Source: the human T2T-CHM13v2.0 reference genome, Homo sapiens
NCBI RefSeq assembly: GCF_009914755.1
Contig: NC_060934.1
DNA length: 64,000 nucleotides
Reading direction: 5' to 3' (one strand)
Numbering within the stretch: the stretch's first letter is position 1; each line of letters starts with the position of its first letter. The notes beneath the pieces were generated by a model. The model was not told where the DNA came from and ran no database searches. It saw only the letters and a list, made by a program, of their open reading frames with translations. This document shows positions 33,381-50,950 of the stretch, piece after piece. Both the position numbers and the translations under genes were made by a program.

Positions 33381-34161
33381 GCTCCATCCACGGCAATCCA
33401 CCACATCCATCTGGTCTTAACTGCGAAATTGTCAGAGTGACAGTCTCTTCCCTTATCATATGTTTTTCTGTAAACTGCTCTTGAGATATTTTTTGCATGT
33501 TTCAGTTTGTTCAATTTGTTTCAATTTGCATATTTTCATTTCCTATCTTAAAAAATGAACCCTTTGCCATTTTCCACCTCAAAATAGTATTTTGGGTATT
33601 TGCATACATAGCTATTTAACCACTTCGCAATCTTCCGCCCACCCAATGTCACTGTTTAAAGAGTTGTATATCATCATTTAAACATATATGTATATTGACA
33701 CACACATATGACACCATGGTACGTAAAGAGGCCTTTTGGGAACAGAAGGCCGTGCAGCTGGAGGTGGAGAGTGGCAGCAGGAGTCTATTGGGAGATCGCT
33801 TCGCTCGGTCTGCTCACCGACCCTAGTCTGATTTTCCACCCCAAAGAGTTGTGAGAATGTGGGGTGGTCACAGATGATTGCGGGCCTATTTTATTTCAAT
33901 ATATTCTTCCAAAAAGTGGTTATTTTTCAGAGGGGGCAGTGAGTTGAGTGGAAGCTAGTCATGGAGGGTCAGTAAGGGGACCGAAAGCTATTGCATAGGG
34001 AGAAAGTTTAGTCTAAGTGAAAAGGATTACATCAAGGAGCCATGGTCTGCAAATTCCCGAAGGGCTTGCCAGAGACAGAGAAGTAGACATGGGTGTATGA
34101 TTCCAAAGTGAGAATTAGGACGTGTGCATGGGCGCGGTAAGGAGAGGGAAGAGCTCCCTAA

Positions 34162-34758
<597 letters not shown>

Positions 34759-34889
34759 TAAAAAGGAGTAAGTTTGCACATACGTGTGCACGCTTACCTA
34801 GACTTTAAATATTTTTCATGGAAATTCTCAAAGTGTGTATCACCTGTTCAACTGGTTAATTCAGATTGTCCTGGGGTTTGGCTTTTGTT

Positions 34890-35022
34890 TTATTTTTTTT
34901 TTTTAAAGACTGGGGTCTCATCATGTTGCCCAGGCTCATCTCAAACTCTCTGGCCTCAAACAATCCTCCCACCTTGATCTCCCGACGTGCTGGGATTACA
35001 GGCCCGAGCCACCGTGCCTGGT
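34890..35022 (-). mobile_element. Alu monomer (FLAM-like)
   Basis: single reverse Alu left arm. Confidence 0.8.
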
Positions 35023-35215
35023 TACGAATTATCCTGTTTTGTTGAGTTTTCTTTCTGGAAGTTAGAAGAGATGGATATTTCTGAGTATGGTAATTTGGCC
35101 ATTTTCAGATCTGTAGATCCTGAACACAATCATTCTTCATTTAATCTTATTCAAAAGCAAGTCATTTGATCTCTTATAGTAAAACAGCTCAAATCACTGG
35201 AATTTCTAATCCTAG

Positions 35216-35541
<326 letters not shown>

Positions 35542-35947
35542 GTAATCCTAGATTTTTATATTATTAATCAACACATACGCCAGTGCTTTTCAAATTGTTC
35601 TTGGTAAGACCCTGTTCTTGGAGTTGGGATGTTGGCTGGAGGGAGCTGGCTGGGGGCAATGAATGGAGGCGAGGAGATAGGCTCCAGACTCTCAGTCTCA
35701 TTGTAGGCTGAGCCACACTGCTCTTATCTGCCCAATAATGTGGGGTTCCATCATTCTGAAACAGTGCTTTTCTTGGTTTGAGGTGATAGCATGCATAATC
35801 TTGATTTTTGGAATAATCTTGCTATAATTTTCATTTTCCCATAACACTCATAAACCTATTTCGTAATGTTTTTCTTAGAAATATAGTATTTAGATGAAGT
35901 GGTTGAGTCTTTTCATTATAACTAGTTTACTAAGAAGGTATATTTCA

Positions 35948-36098
35948 GGCTGAGTGTGGTGGCTCACACCTGTAATTCCAGCACATCAGGAGGCAGAGGC
36001 AGGAGGATCACTTAAGCCTGGGAAGTCAAGGCTGCAGTGAGCTGTAATCACAGCACTGCAGGCTGGGTGACAGAGTCAGACCCTTTCTCAAAAAAAAC
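35948..36098 (+). mobile_element. Alu monomer
   Basis: partial Alu with A tail. Confidence 0.8.
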
Positions 36099-36887
36099 GG
36101 CATATTTCAAAATCACGACACCACAATTAATTGACAAGTATTGTCATATTTCTCCAAACATAATGCCAGTGAAAAATGTTCTGAATTTCTCTCAAGCATA
36201 TACATTTTTAAAAACAATAAGTTGGAGAAATAAAGGTTTGTTAGCACAAATCTTACATGTGTTTCCTGTGCTTCCACTCTTGGGGGGCTCAGGGGTTGGA
36301 TTAGTGATAACTGACCGACCCATAGGTGTTTGCACTGAAAACCTGGCATCTTATAATTACAATCTCAACTCTGAGAGCAGGAGACCTCAAGATAATGTCT
36401 AGTTGATCACTTTGCTTCAGCAAAAGATTAGAACCTAATAATCCCTTACAGAGTGTCTACTTTTTTTTTTTTAAACATATAAAGGCTTTTGGTGAAAGCT
36501 GTCTAACAGTCATCTGGCATCTATACATTTGGGCATGTAAAAGTTGTTAGGATTTAGAACAGCTTTCAGTGGAATTGCAACAAGTGAATCCAGCTCCTGG
36601 TTTTCTGCTAAAGTAGCTGGTCCACATCATCACTCAGTTCTTGTCCCTCTGCACAGCGCGGTGTGACACTTGTCAACAAGCAGTTTATATTTTCAATGCT
36701 GTATTTAATTCTTAACGCGGTGGTTAAGTATTGAATTGCACATTTAATCAAACTTGAGTATGTTTTCCCTCTCGGGATTAACTTGAAAAGACAAAGGTGT
36801 TGAGTCAGTTCTGAATAATTTCTGACTGTAAATATTGTCACTGTAACTGAACCTCCTGCATTGTGTTTCCTTATTCAACCCGCCCAG

Positions 36888-37043
36888 TATCTTCCAACTC
36901 CAGCTTCTCAGAAGTCACCCTGGCGGGTTTAGCCAGTAAAGAAAACTTCAGCAACGTCAGCCTGCGGAGCGTCAACCTGACGGAACAGAACTCTAACAAC
37001 AGCGCCGTGCCCTTCAAGAGGCTGATGCTGTTGCAGATTAAAG
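36888..37043 (+). pseudogene. SVIL pseudo-exon [20 protein letters not shown]...KRLMLLQIK
   Basis: cccag|TATCT...AAAG|gtattt. Confidence 0.92.
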
Positions 37044-38322
37044 GTATTTCAGAGCAGCCTGGCACGGTGACTCAGGGCCCGTGGTTTCTGTCTGGTCACG
37101 TAAGGAGTCCTGACTGTATAATTCATCCTATGTGCCAGGAAGGGAACGCACGTTTTTTGAGAACCTACTGTGTGTTCCTTGCTATGCAACCTCCTGTCTC
37201 TTAAGCTTCCCCAAATCCCATGACATAGGAAGTATTCTGCCCACCAGGGCTTCCAGAGGCAGGAATGTGTCTGGGGTCCCAGCAGCTACTGGGTGGCAGA
37301 GCTGGATTCGAACCCAGGTCCCCCCACTCCAGAATCCCAGCTTTTACTCCTGGCGCCCCATGCCCCACGAGGCAGCCACACATCCATGCAGTTACGAGAG
37401 GTGCCCTACGTCATCAGAGGGGCTCTCTGCTCCCTGCCCAGTTCTGCCTGAGTCAGTACAGAACTGGGGAGGAAGACACAGCTTGGAGAAGGAATCAAGG
37501 GAAGGTCGATGAAGATGAAGCCCACCTGCATTCCGCTCCAGTGCCCTTCCTGTCCGTAGCAAGGGAGATTCCAAAGACAAACCAGGGGTCTCTGGGCCAT
37601 GAGGAGGAGACTCGGCTGCCTCCTGGTGGCCACTGTATAGATGAATCCTTGAGATGAGAATGAAGGAAATATCCTCTCCCTCCAGGAGGGTTTCCCACAT
37701 GTTTCTGTGTAACCACTATCCTATTGTGTGTATTTAAAAAGACTAGTGAGAAGCTCACATAACCAATCTCTGTCCTGAGTCCTAACCCAGAGACTACATG
37801 ATCAGTGTAATTGTGGAAAGCTCAAAATCAACAAATATTTAGGAAAAGGTGTTGAAAGCCACAGAAGGTGGCGCCTCCATCCTTCCTGTTGAGAGGCCCC
37901 TAGGGTTCATAGTGGAAACTCCCCAGGGGAAGATCGGACCCTTCCTGAAGGCATGGCTTCCCTTGCCTGGGCCACAGATGTAATTGGGTGCAGGAGGTGG
38001 CCAGGGGAGAGAAAGGCCCCGGGAGAAGAGTGAAGGAGGGAAAAGGAGCCTGTGTGCTCATCTCCCTGGAAGGGGGAGCCTTCATTAACCCACGCACATG
38101 ACACTGATAATGGTCCTGATAAGTGGGTGACATTTGGGAAAGCACAAACCAGGAAAGCAGCCACTAGTGCCATCATCATGCCCTTTCTAAATCCCCCTGC
38201 TGCCACCCTGGGCCATGGGCACTCTTATTAGCAGACAAGACTCTAGAAGTGAAAGCGTCCGCAGCAGGGATGCTTCTGGTGTGGGGTGCATCCTATCCCC
38301 GTTCTGTCTGGAAAGACGGTGA

Positions 38323-38487
<165 letters not shown>

Positions 38488-39082
38488 TGAAAAATAAAAA
38501 CGCTTTAGCTAACATCTCCTTTACACACCGGTGGAGTGTTCTTCCTGGCGTCAGTCACAAAGCTTCTCAAAAGCCAGGTGTTGCATTCAAGTGAGAAGGG
38601 ATAGGTAGGATTTCTTTTCCTGAATGTCTCTCAAACAAGCTTTCATTACATGTTTAAATGGGATGTTTTAGGACTATGACCTACACCCCAGTGTTTAGGT
38701 CCTGGGTTCCTTCCTACTCCTGTGTAAAAAATGAAGTGGCCCCACTTTAAAGTCCTTTATCCCAGGTAGTTCTGAAGTTCTGCCATAGACCTATTGAATG
38801 AGACTGTCATGGGGTACAGCCCAAAGAATAGTGCTTTTTAAAAGCATCATATGTGACCTATTGAAGATGGAGAACTATTGCTCTAAAGAATTGATACTCC
38901 CTGGTCGTTCAGTTACATTTTCTTGAGGTCATTTAAAATACCCAGTAACCAGCATCCACCCACACCCGTGGTCACAAGGCTTTCCTTGCAGGCACACTGT
39001 TTCTCCCTCTGGTTTTGACATGTGCCACTCTGTCTAGCCAAGGGCTTTTCTACCCAGGTAATTGTGTTCGTTTCTTTTTTAG

Positions 39083-39207
39083 GCCTCAGAACTTGCAGCT
39101 TGATTGTAGAGCTACTTATATCTAAATCATTGAAGAAGGAATTAATATACACACTCTTGCAGCCAAAGACTTCTGCAAGCTTCTGGGTGGCCAAACCAGT
39201 TACCAAT
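39083..39207 (+). pseudogene. SVIL pseudo-exon ASELA...CRATYI*IIEEGIN...LLGGQTSYQ with about 23-nt deletion and TAA stop
   Basis: tttag|GCCTCA...CAAT|gtcag; TLIQTKRE codons missing; TAA at 39123-39125 in the SVIL frame. Confidence 0.9.
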
Positions 39208-39301
39208 GTCAGACTTCATTGTACTTCAGAGACTGACAAGACTTGAATCTCCTTTCTTCTCCCTTAGCTCATTCTTCTAAACCAGCTACTTTGCAATGTA
39301 A

Positions 39302-39508
<207 letters not shown>

Positions 39509-39581
39509 TGAGAAAGCACATTGAAAGCACTCAGCACAGGCTGCCCAATAGATTAGAGAGTAAGTTCCCAATAAAGGTTAG

Positions 39582-39936
<355 letters not shown>

Positions 39937-41025
39937 GGGTATTTGTTATTTCACCCCTTTACTGACATCTTAAATGCTAATATGAAATCCAGAATATTGT
40001 TCAGAGGTGGCATGGATCATTGACAGCATCATAGGCAAAATGTAAATGTTACTTAGTCCTATCTGTTGCATTTTGTATAAATATTAATGGAATATTTTTC
40101 AGTCCTTAAGTTTGAGGAATAATAGATGCATATACATATATATAATTTATGGATTTGCCAATTAATGTGCTGTTTTTGTCCTGTCATGCCAGTAAATATT
40201 TATTAATTATATACATTTCCAGTACCGTTAAGTATGCTAAGTATTAAGAAAGTGGAAGACACGCAAGGCCCTTAAGTTTAATTGGGCGGAAGAGTATTAG
40301 AAGGAATGTAATCTGGAGCAAGGTTGACTGTGTGATATGTATGGTCTTTTACATGGGGGAAACGTCACAGAAAAATAAATACAGGAATCATCAGGAATAA
40401 TTTTCAATAGAAAGTGAAATTGAGCCAAGTTTAGAGTTAAGCAAAATTTGAATTGCTGGAAGTGAAGGGAGAAATCATTCTAAGAGAAAGAATAAAACAA
40501 ACTATGAACGTAAGAAATAGCATTACATTCATGTATTCATTCAGCAAACACTTAGTAATCAACCCCTCCTGTATGTATCACCATGATCTGATCCCTGCCC
40601 TTAAGGATCTTGGAATTGTGTACTGGAGAGAAGACACCATTGGACCATGAGTGCCTGGGGTATATGAAGTGGCCTCTGTGTATATATTAAGTGAATGAAC
40701 GAGCACATGAGAGGGGGAGGAATAGGGGAGAAGAGGCAGGAAGTCGACAGGAAGATGTACCTAAAGAACTCTTGTGAATCGCAAGTTGTAAGCAGGTTGA
40801 GAGTTCAGAGGAGGGAACATTATCCTGGCCACTTAGGACACTGGGAGGAGGAATCGTGCCCACAGGGCAGAGGCTGGCTCGGTGGGGCAGTGCCAGCTGA
40901 GATCTCCTGGCCTTTTTGTGTCTGTGCTGGTCACCCCATTAGGATTTCTGTCTTCCTCCGTTTGACTCACTGTCAACAGAGACCCTGTTGCACCTGATTC
41001 AACTGTTGCATGTTCTTGAAGTTAA

Positions 41026-41259
<234 letters not shown>

Positions 41260-43179
41260 TGAGCGAGCTGATTCCCTTCGATCCCTCTGTTCTCACCACA
41301 GTCCTCTACTCTCGCTCTTTATAGGGTTCAGTTTTCATAAACGATTATATGCAGTGGACTGTGAATATTCACAAAAGGAACAGTTCTTTAACTTTTATCT
41401 AACTATTATAGAAATATGGATGCTGTCGTCTTCCAGAAGAGGTTTGTTATAGTTGATTTCTTGAAGTGAGCAAGAAATGCTGCAAGTTCCTCCCTGCGGC
41501 ATTCCAAGTGCTGCTGTGGCAGATGAACAGCAATTGTTTAAACAAATTACATGCGGATCTGAAAGGCTTCCCCGGGTCTGGAATTCAGCCATTGATCTGA
41601 AAGTGCAAAAGCAACATGCCTCCCTCTAATTTCATACCTTCCCAGCATCGCCCTCGAATTCCAGGATTTATTTGGCAGCAGATGATGTTTATGTCTTTAT
41701 ACCTTTTGGGAAGGGAAGAGGGAGAGGAGATGGTATTAAAACAATGATTGCAATTGTAATATTCCCTGCAGGTACTAGACTCTTTAAAGTTATTTTTGCA
41801 ATTGAATAGAATATGTGCAAACTCTAAAATTGTGATTATGAGAAAAAAATTCTTACATGCAAAGGATTGTTGTTGTCTTTTTAACTATCAGACCAAAAAA
41901 AGTAGTGCTTTTTAACTATGGGTGCTGTTACAATAGATGAGAAACCAATGAACCAACAAACAGCATAGAATATTGGGCATCACACAACTACATTTTAATG
42001 TTTTCCATTGAACTGGTATATGAATTTCAACTTTCCTGCCTAGTTTCCTGCTTTAAAATCCAATTATTGATTTTCTTATTAATTATTATAGAAATCATTA
42101 AAATTATGTCAGTGTGGTAAGAAGTTTTAATGTCCTTGTTAAGCAAATGCACTAATGTTTAACCTCAGTATGGTAACAACTGTTGTTTTAAGGACTGGAA
42201 CTACAACAGCTCAAAAGATTTTATTTGGTATAGCAGAGGAAAAAAAAACAAGCTAAAGCATAAAAATCTATGTGATAGCCAACTGTATTTAATAGTGGCA
42301 TAATCACAGATCTGAAAGTAGATGACTGAGCTCCTAACCCACTGGTTTTCAACATCTCTGAGACAGAATCACCTGAGGGGCCTTTAAAAAAAAGGCATTT
42401 GCTCAGCCCAGCCCCAGAGATGTGTTTTCGTTTCATGTGAGTTACAGTTTATGTGTCAATATGTCTTAAAAGCTCCCAGGGATTTTAAGGTGCAGCCAAG
42501 ATTACGCACCCAGCCCTTCTTAGCAAATGAGGCTGAAACCACTGAGCCCAGTTCCGGCTGTAGGTCAGGGCAGTGCGTGGAGAAACACATCTGGCTTCTG
42601 GCCCAGGTTCATCCCCCTCACCCTGCAATCTGCTGCATCGCTTGCTCACAACGCTTCAAAACATAAGTGACAGATTCTAAAGCAGAAACCAAAAGCCCTT
42701 TCAATTATCATCTTAGCAAGCCTGCAGAGTAGGACTGACATAAGAGACAGTCATTCAGATATTTTCTGATAAAGACCACACAGCCTTTCAAGACCACCGT
42801 GCATTTTCCATAGGTGCTTATGTTTGGTTCCTAAAGTCCCATAAGAGCATGAGGTAGAAGTGTCTGTGCTCTATGATTTATCCGGCAGCTTTCTTTGAAT
42901 CAGGCAGCCTTTTTGATGTGCCTCAGCTGTGACATCAGCAGCTGTGGTCTTGACCAAGCAGGAAGTGACTGAGGCAGTAGCACAGCAGGGCACAAGCAGC
43001 AGCGGGGGTTGCTCTAAGAGGTGGCTGCATCCCAGGCCAGATTCACAACCGAAGATGGGTCTGGAGGGATGAAAGATCGTGCATATTATTCCAGGGCTAC
43101 TCCCTCCGCAGCACGCATATCTTCTCTACCTTTTGTTTTATTTCTTTTTCTTTCTTTTTTTAAATTTTTAATTAATTAA

Positions 43180-43597
<418 letters not shown>

Positions 43598-43904
43598 TAG
43601 AAATAAGTGCACAAAAAGGCACTTCAAGATCTATGAAAGTGTGTTCATTTTAGTGATGGGAGAATCTCTGTACTCTGGAGAGCTTTGTTGTAACATGAAA
43701 TAAAATAATAGAGAATTGAGGAGGGAGCTACCTCTTCCCTACGTCTATTAATTAATTGGAGGAAACTTGGTGAGCATTTGCAGGTGACTGGGTGGCACAG
43801 AGTAGATGACAAGTGAGGTTTGCCCACAGCTCCTGCTATTGCCGAAATCTCCACCCAGCGTGCCACTCCCAGGGCATCCCAAAGACAAGAATTTGCTAGA
43901 ATGT

Positions 43905-44208
43905 GGCCAGGTACAGTGGCCCACACCTGTAGTCCCAGCATTTTGGGAGGCTGAGGTGGGAGGATTGCTTGAAGCCAGAAGTGCAAGACAGCCTGGGCAA
44001 CATAACGAGACCTGGTCTCTATTAAAAAATTAGCTAGGCATGGTGGCACACATCTGCAGTTCCAGCTATTTGCAAGGCTGAGGCAGGAGGATCACTGCAG
44101 CCCAGGAGTTCGAGGCTGCAGGGAGCTATGATTGTGCAACTGCACTTCAGCCTGGGCAACAGAGCAAGACCTTATCTCAAAAAAAACAAAAAACAAAAAC
44201 AAAAAAAA
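43905..44208 (+). mobile_element. Alu (AluJ-type)
   Basis: TSD TTGCTAGAATGT on both flanks. Confidence 0.93.
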
Positions 44209-44414
44209 CTTGCTAGAATGTAAGAAAAGTCTAGTCCTGACATGGTTCATGTCACATTAAGGCACATCAAAAACTCCATGGACACAAAGCTTTGCAAGAC
44301 TTCAGACTAAAATAACAAAATGTCAGTATTTGGTAAAATGCAGGAAAATAAACCATTTATTTTATATGTACTCACGTACTTTGAGGTTTTTTCCAGCAGC
44401 CGCATGTGTTTTAG

Positions 44415-44642
<228 letters not shown>

Positions 44643-45379
44643 TGACCAAGTCTCAAACCTCAGGGCTTGGTTCGGGTCCCAACAAAAGTGGCCTTGATGT
44701 AAAATGATCAAATCAGGATAGTTCGCATGGCTGTCACCCCAGATGTATCATTTCTTTGTGGTGAGAACATTCAAATCTTCTCTTCTAGCTATTTTGAAAT
44801 ATGCAATACAGTATTGGAAAACAGTCACCCCACTGTGCAGGAGAAAACCAGAGCTCATTCCTCCTCTCTGATTGTCATTTTGTACCTGTTGGCCAACATC
44901 TCCCTATCTTCCCTGTCCCATCTCCTTCCCACACCCCCTTCCCCATGAAACAGATGCATTTATCAACACATCAAATCATATCCATAATAATGTGTCAACT
45001 AAAATACTTTTTTAATTAAAAAAAATGGACACACATACACACACACACACACACACCCCTTAAAGCTAAGAGGCCTTCCCAGGATTCACTAATAGAACAG
45101 CAGACTGGCCTCCAATTCTAATCTGACTCTGGGAGGTGAAGAGTCGGGTTTGCACCTGTTTTCAGGCACCCCATGCACCAGTGTGGCCAATGGGTGTTCA
45201 GACCTGCCAGAGTCTTTCTGAAAATGCAGCCTTTCCCTGACTGCAGTTAAACATCCTGAGACAGAGTGTGGAAGGTGTATTTTTATGCTGTCCCATGAAC
45301 AGCTGAAGCAGCGTTGAGTGTGACAAGGAATAGCTGCGGAAACAGGCAACTGAACCGATGTCTTCATGTTCCCCTATAG

Positions 45380-45656
45380 GAAGACTCCAGGGCCGATGTC
45401 AAGCGGAACAACGTGACACGGATGGTGTCCGTGCCCCAGACGACAGCAGGTGCCATCCTGGACAGGGTGAACATTGGCTGTGGCTATGGCCTGGTGGAAG
45501 GACACCACAGGAGGCAGTTTGAGATCACCAGTGTCTCCGTGGATGTCTGGTACATCCTGGAATTTGACTATAGCAGGCTCCCCAAACAAAGCATCGGGCA
45601 GTTCCACGAGGGGGATGCCTATGTGGTCAAGTGGAAGTTCATGGTGAGCACGGCAG
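45380..45656 (+). pseudogene. SVIL pseudo-exon EDSRADVK...[20 protein letters not shown]
   Basis: tatag|GAAGAC...GCAG|gttag; [11 protein letters not shown] gelsolin motif. Confidence 0.92.
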
Positions 45657-47239
45657 GTTAGTGAGCGCTTATGGCTTTCTCCAGCTGAAAGAGGTCAGCC
45701 CAGCAGCCCTGCGGGAGCCAGCTTCTCCAATGAACCCTGTCATGCCCTCTGCTGCGTGCGTGCAGTGGGGCACCGCAGTCATACGCCTTTGAGAGCCAGT
45801 TAGTAAACCACAGAGATGAAAAGAAGTAAGGCCGAATTCCTAACAACCTAGCATTGCCGAGGCCGCTGGTGTTCACCTGTAGAAATTGAACTTGCACATC
45901 AAGGCTTCTCAGCTCCCTCTCTCCCTCCCCTGCCCCTGTCCCCAGAGATTTTCTGGGAAAGAGATGATTGGCCTCTAAATGGTATTTCCCATGTGGCTGT
46001 GTGCTGCTTCAATTAAAGTCGTTAAGTAGAGCATATCTTCGTGATTTAAAGCTGGAACCAATGGTGCTGTAACATTATAGTAAATACATGCACAGAAGAT
46101 TGATTTGAAAAGTGAAAGAGGCTGTTTCTCCTGAGACTGAGAGCACAGGTGGTGCTTTGTGGGTCTGGTGTAGTAAATGCAGAGTCTAAACTCTCCTCGG
46201 TTCCTGATGGTGACAGACCCCATTGCAAAACACTCACCCGGATGCTTGGCGCTGGGGAAAGGGGGAGTCCGGTGAACTCTGGAGAAATCATCCCTTTCCT
46301 TGCCAAGGAGGAGCCTTTCCCACAGCGCTCCTCACCCCTTCCCATTTAGGAGAGCATGCAGGTCACAGGTCTGTGATTTCAATTCAGAAGGGAGTTTTTT
46401 CACCTCTTTTCAGCCTCCTTGCTGTGCGGGTGCACCTGCCCCCGGGGCCACAGGAAGCACAGGCAGCTGTTTGCTGATCAGAAAACTGCAGGCTTGGAAC
46501 CACGTGATTTCTTTCCTGATTTATACAAAATGCATCTGTTTCATCAACTGACACCATTTCCTGAGCATCTACTCTATGGGAGACACTTTCTGTAGGGACC
46601 AAGTAAAGATTTCAGACCCTGTCTCCAAGACAGTTATCCATGATGTAAAGCAAGTGCAGGAACACCCAGCAGGCGGGTCTCACTGAGCACACGGCCAGTG
46701 GGGCTGTGTGCTGTGCAGAGCCGGGCTGTGGCCCAGAGGTCCCCCTGCCCCCTCAGGGCACGATGCTGGGGGCTTTACCCTGCCTCTAGCTGAGTGCCTC
46801 CTGGGTTTCCTAAGACTTGTTCTGTTGTGATGCTAATTTCTCAGATGAGGAACAGGACCTTAAGATCAAGGAACCTGCCTGAAGCCACAAGCTAGCAGGG
46901 AGTGGAGCGGGACACTCACATCCAGGCCTGCCTCTTTTCAAACCCAACTGTGCTGCTAACCCACCCTGCATGCAGGGAATCAGAGTGGGGCTCCAGCACA
47001 GGATGTGGAGAGCCGTGAGTTTGGCTACAAGGAGGGGCCGAAGATCCCAGTCACCAGACTGTGGAGCAGGTCAGGGTTGAACCAGCAGCAAGGCGACTTG
47101 AGGTTGGGCCGCTGAACACACCAAACTTCAGGGGCTTCTTAAACAGCAGGAAGGGGATCTTCCAGGGCCCAGGCAGCTCCAGCCTCTCCTTCCAGGGAGT
47201 AGTGGGGTGTCAGACAAGGACCCCCAGTGGGAGGAACTC

Positions 47240-47438
47240 CCTTTCCTCCCTCTTCCCCTCCCCTCCGCTCCCCTCCCCTTCCCTTCCCTTCCTTGACAGG
47301 GTCTCACTATGTTGCCCAGGCACTTTCTTTCTTCACTTCTTTCTTTCCTTCTTTTCTTTCTTTCTTCTTTCCTTCCTTTCTTCCCTCCCTCCCTCTCTCC
47401 CTCCCTCTCTCTCTCCCTCCCTCCTCTCTCTTTCTTTC

Positions 47439-47474
<36 letters not shown>

Positions 47475-47560
47475 TTTCTTTTCTTTTCTTTTCTTTTCTT
47501 TTCTTTTCTTTTCTTTTCTTTTCTTTTCTCTCTCTCTCTCTCTCTCTTTCTTTCTTTCCA
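47240..47560. repeat. Compound polypyrimidine microsatellite (CCCTT/CTTT/CTTTT/CT) around a short Alu fragment
   Basis: direct reading. Confidence 0.9.
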
Positions 47561-48129
47561 GCAGACTTATAACTTTGAAAAAGTCCAGCTTTGGAGAATT
47601 AAGATAGAGCAGGGAGCGTTCAGATTCCAGACCATCCCTCCAGCAGGGGGGAAGCACAGCCCGATGGCACTTGCAGTCACTCCGTAGCCAACGCGGAAGC
47701 TCTGGCCCCTTGGTGACACTAGTCCGGCTCCCCTATCACTTGTGCGCACAAGGGCCACACCTGCAAACAGGACTGAGTCAGAGCTCAGGGTGCACTTCTG
47801 GGAGAGGGTCAGCAAAAGCAGCAGCTGCACAGGTGGTACAGCCTCCACTTGGCCAATGCTGGCCGGCCTGCTAGGGTCAATGTCCTGGCCCAGTGCCTGC
47901 AGGGTAGGGTTGCTCGTGCCCCACCAGGGTCAGGAGACAGCTGCTTGAGGTGCTCAGGGATGCTGAGCCAGGCTCCTCCGGGGCGTGATAGGGGTTTAAT
48001 TTCTATAAATAGGTGGCTCTGGGGCAAGAATACTTAACCACGAGCAGTCTTCATATCTCTGTTTTCTGTTATCCCTACTGGTACCAAACTTATTCTTGAA
48101 ACTCTTTTGATGGCATAACATATCCAAAC

Positions 48130-48155
48130 TTTATTTATTTATTTATTTTATTATT

Positions 48156-48202
<47 letters not shown>

Positions 48203-48660
48203 TTTTGAGACAGAGTCTCGCTCTGTTGCCCAGGCTGGAGTGCAGTGGCATGATCTCGGCTCACTGCAAGCTCCACCTACTGGGTTCACATCATTCTCCT
48301 GCCTCAGCCTCCTGAGTAGCTGAGACTACAGGTGCCCACCACCATGCCCGGCTAATTTTTTGTATTTTTAGAGAAGTGAGGTTTCACCGTGTTAGCCAGG
48401 ATGGTCTCAATCTCCTGACCTGGTGATCCGCCTGCCTCGGCCTCCCAAAGTGCTGGGATTACAGGCATAAGCCACCGCGCCCGGCCCTATTTATTTTTTT
48501 TGAGACAGGTTCTCACTCTGTTGCCCAGGCTGGAGTGCAGTGGCGCAACCTCGGCTCACTGCAACCTCTGTCTCCTGGGTTCAAGCAATTCTCCCTGCCT
48601 TGGCCTCCCAAATAGCTGGGATTACAGGCCCCCGCCACCACACCCCATTAATTTTTGTAT
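48130..48660 (-). mobile_element. Full Alu with (TTTA)n tail (about 48130-48486) plus an adjacent half Alu ending abruptly at 48660
   Basis: reverse Alu consensus. Confidence 0.92.
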
Positions 48661-48879
48661 TACACTTTAAATTAGGCAACTGATCAAGGCTGTGAAAAGA
48701 ATGACCCCATAAGTTCTTCACACTGAAAATTGAATATTTACATTGATAAAATTAAAAATAAATACACATAAGAAAAATTAATTTGTATATAGGACTACAT
48801 TTCAATACATGCAGGAAAACTGTAAGGAAAATTAGTGAAATGCCCATTTTGTAAAATATCTTTAAAGAAATAAAAGTCT

Positions 48880-49160
<281 letters not shown>

Positions 49161-49762
49161 TACTTTTAAAAAGAGATACAGTTGTATTTTGGGTATATAC
49201 GGTCAAGTCTGTTTAGAATGTTAGGACGTAATATTGGTTATTTAAGTGTAAATGTGTATTTACACAATGTATTTGAGTGCTAAAAATGTCTAGGTCTTTA
49301 TAGACTGTTATGAGCTATTTGAAACATGCCTTTCCCCAGAAATCTAGTTGGTGCAACAGATTTTCACTACTTTGAGGAACAGGATTGCTAATCAAAGGCA
49401 AAATTTTTTTGCTAAGTTAGCAGAAATTTCAGTTGAGTGGCTTCCAAATTAATTATAGTTATTTATAATGTAGTCATTGATGGTTCCTATTTTATTTTGC
49501 CCTCTCAAAAACATACAAACTTAGCCAGTTCAGATCCACAGTGGATGGTACGAAAGGCTGTTTTTAGTGAAAATGCTTTAAGAAATTATTAGAATCATTT
49601 ATGGAACCTACGTTACAGATACTTTACCAAACAAATGGCCAAAAAACAAATAAAAATGACCCCTGAACTTTTAGGAACTTAAATGAGTTTTCTTCTTCCC
49701 TTCAAACCTCAATACAGTTGTAATGTTGGAAATGGGATTGGAGCTAGGAAAAGTTGCGGTGA

Positions 49763-50106
<344 letters not shown>

Positions 50107-50161
50107 AGTTCTTTTACTATTACAATTTAGCAGGTCTTCTCCACCTCGAAGCTCGGATTAA

Positions 50162-50458
<297 letters not shown>

Positions 50459-50639
50459 TGAGCAGCAGAAGACACACCTTCTATGTGCTTCTGCACACCC
50501 AGAACATGTGCTTATGTTAGCTCATTTCATCCTCACCCCTAAACCCAAAGGAGGGAGGGTGAAATCAGCCACACATTATAGCATAAGCAACAAGGCTCAG
50601 TTACTTAACCCACCCAAAGACGTCAGCTAAGAACAGGTT

Positions 50640-50950
50640 GAGCACCACAGTGGCAGGCCTGGCGTCTCCACTCTTCTCCCAGCCTTCCTCTCAGTCTTGT
50701 TGCTGCATGGTCACCCGTCAACTGCCATTGCTCCAGCCATCATGTTTGCATTTAAGACAGAAAGAGAAAGAAGGGTGGAGGAAAAAAGGGAACTTAATAG
50801 CCACATCTCTCTCTTTAATCAGATAAAAAAGACGTTTTCCCAGAAGCCCCCAGCAGACTTCTGCTTATGTCTCATTGGCCAGAGCTTGTCACATGGCCAA
50901 CCCCAGCTGCAAGGGAGCCTGGGAAAGCAAATGGCCAGGGAGAAGGGTGT
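50640..50950. mobile_element. MaLR (MLT1-type) LTR relic
   Basis: CAGCAGACTTCTGCTTATGTCTCATTGGCCAGA...CACATGGCCAACCCCAGCTGCAAGGGAG motif. Confidence 0.6.

Noticed and set aside
47061-47687. 208-aa ORF and overlapping ORFs
   Set aside because: Translation of a polypyrimidine microsatellite (F/S/L low complexity).
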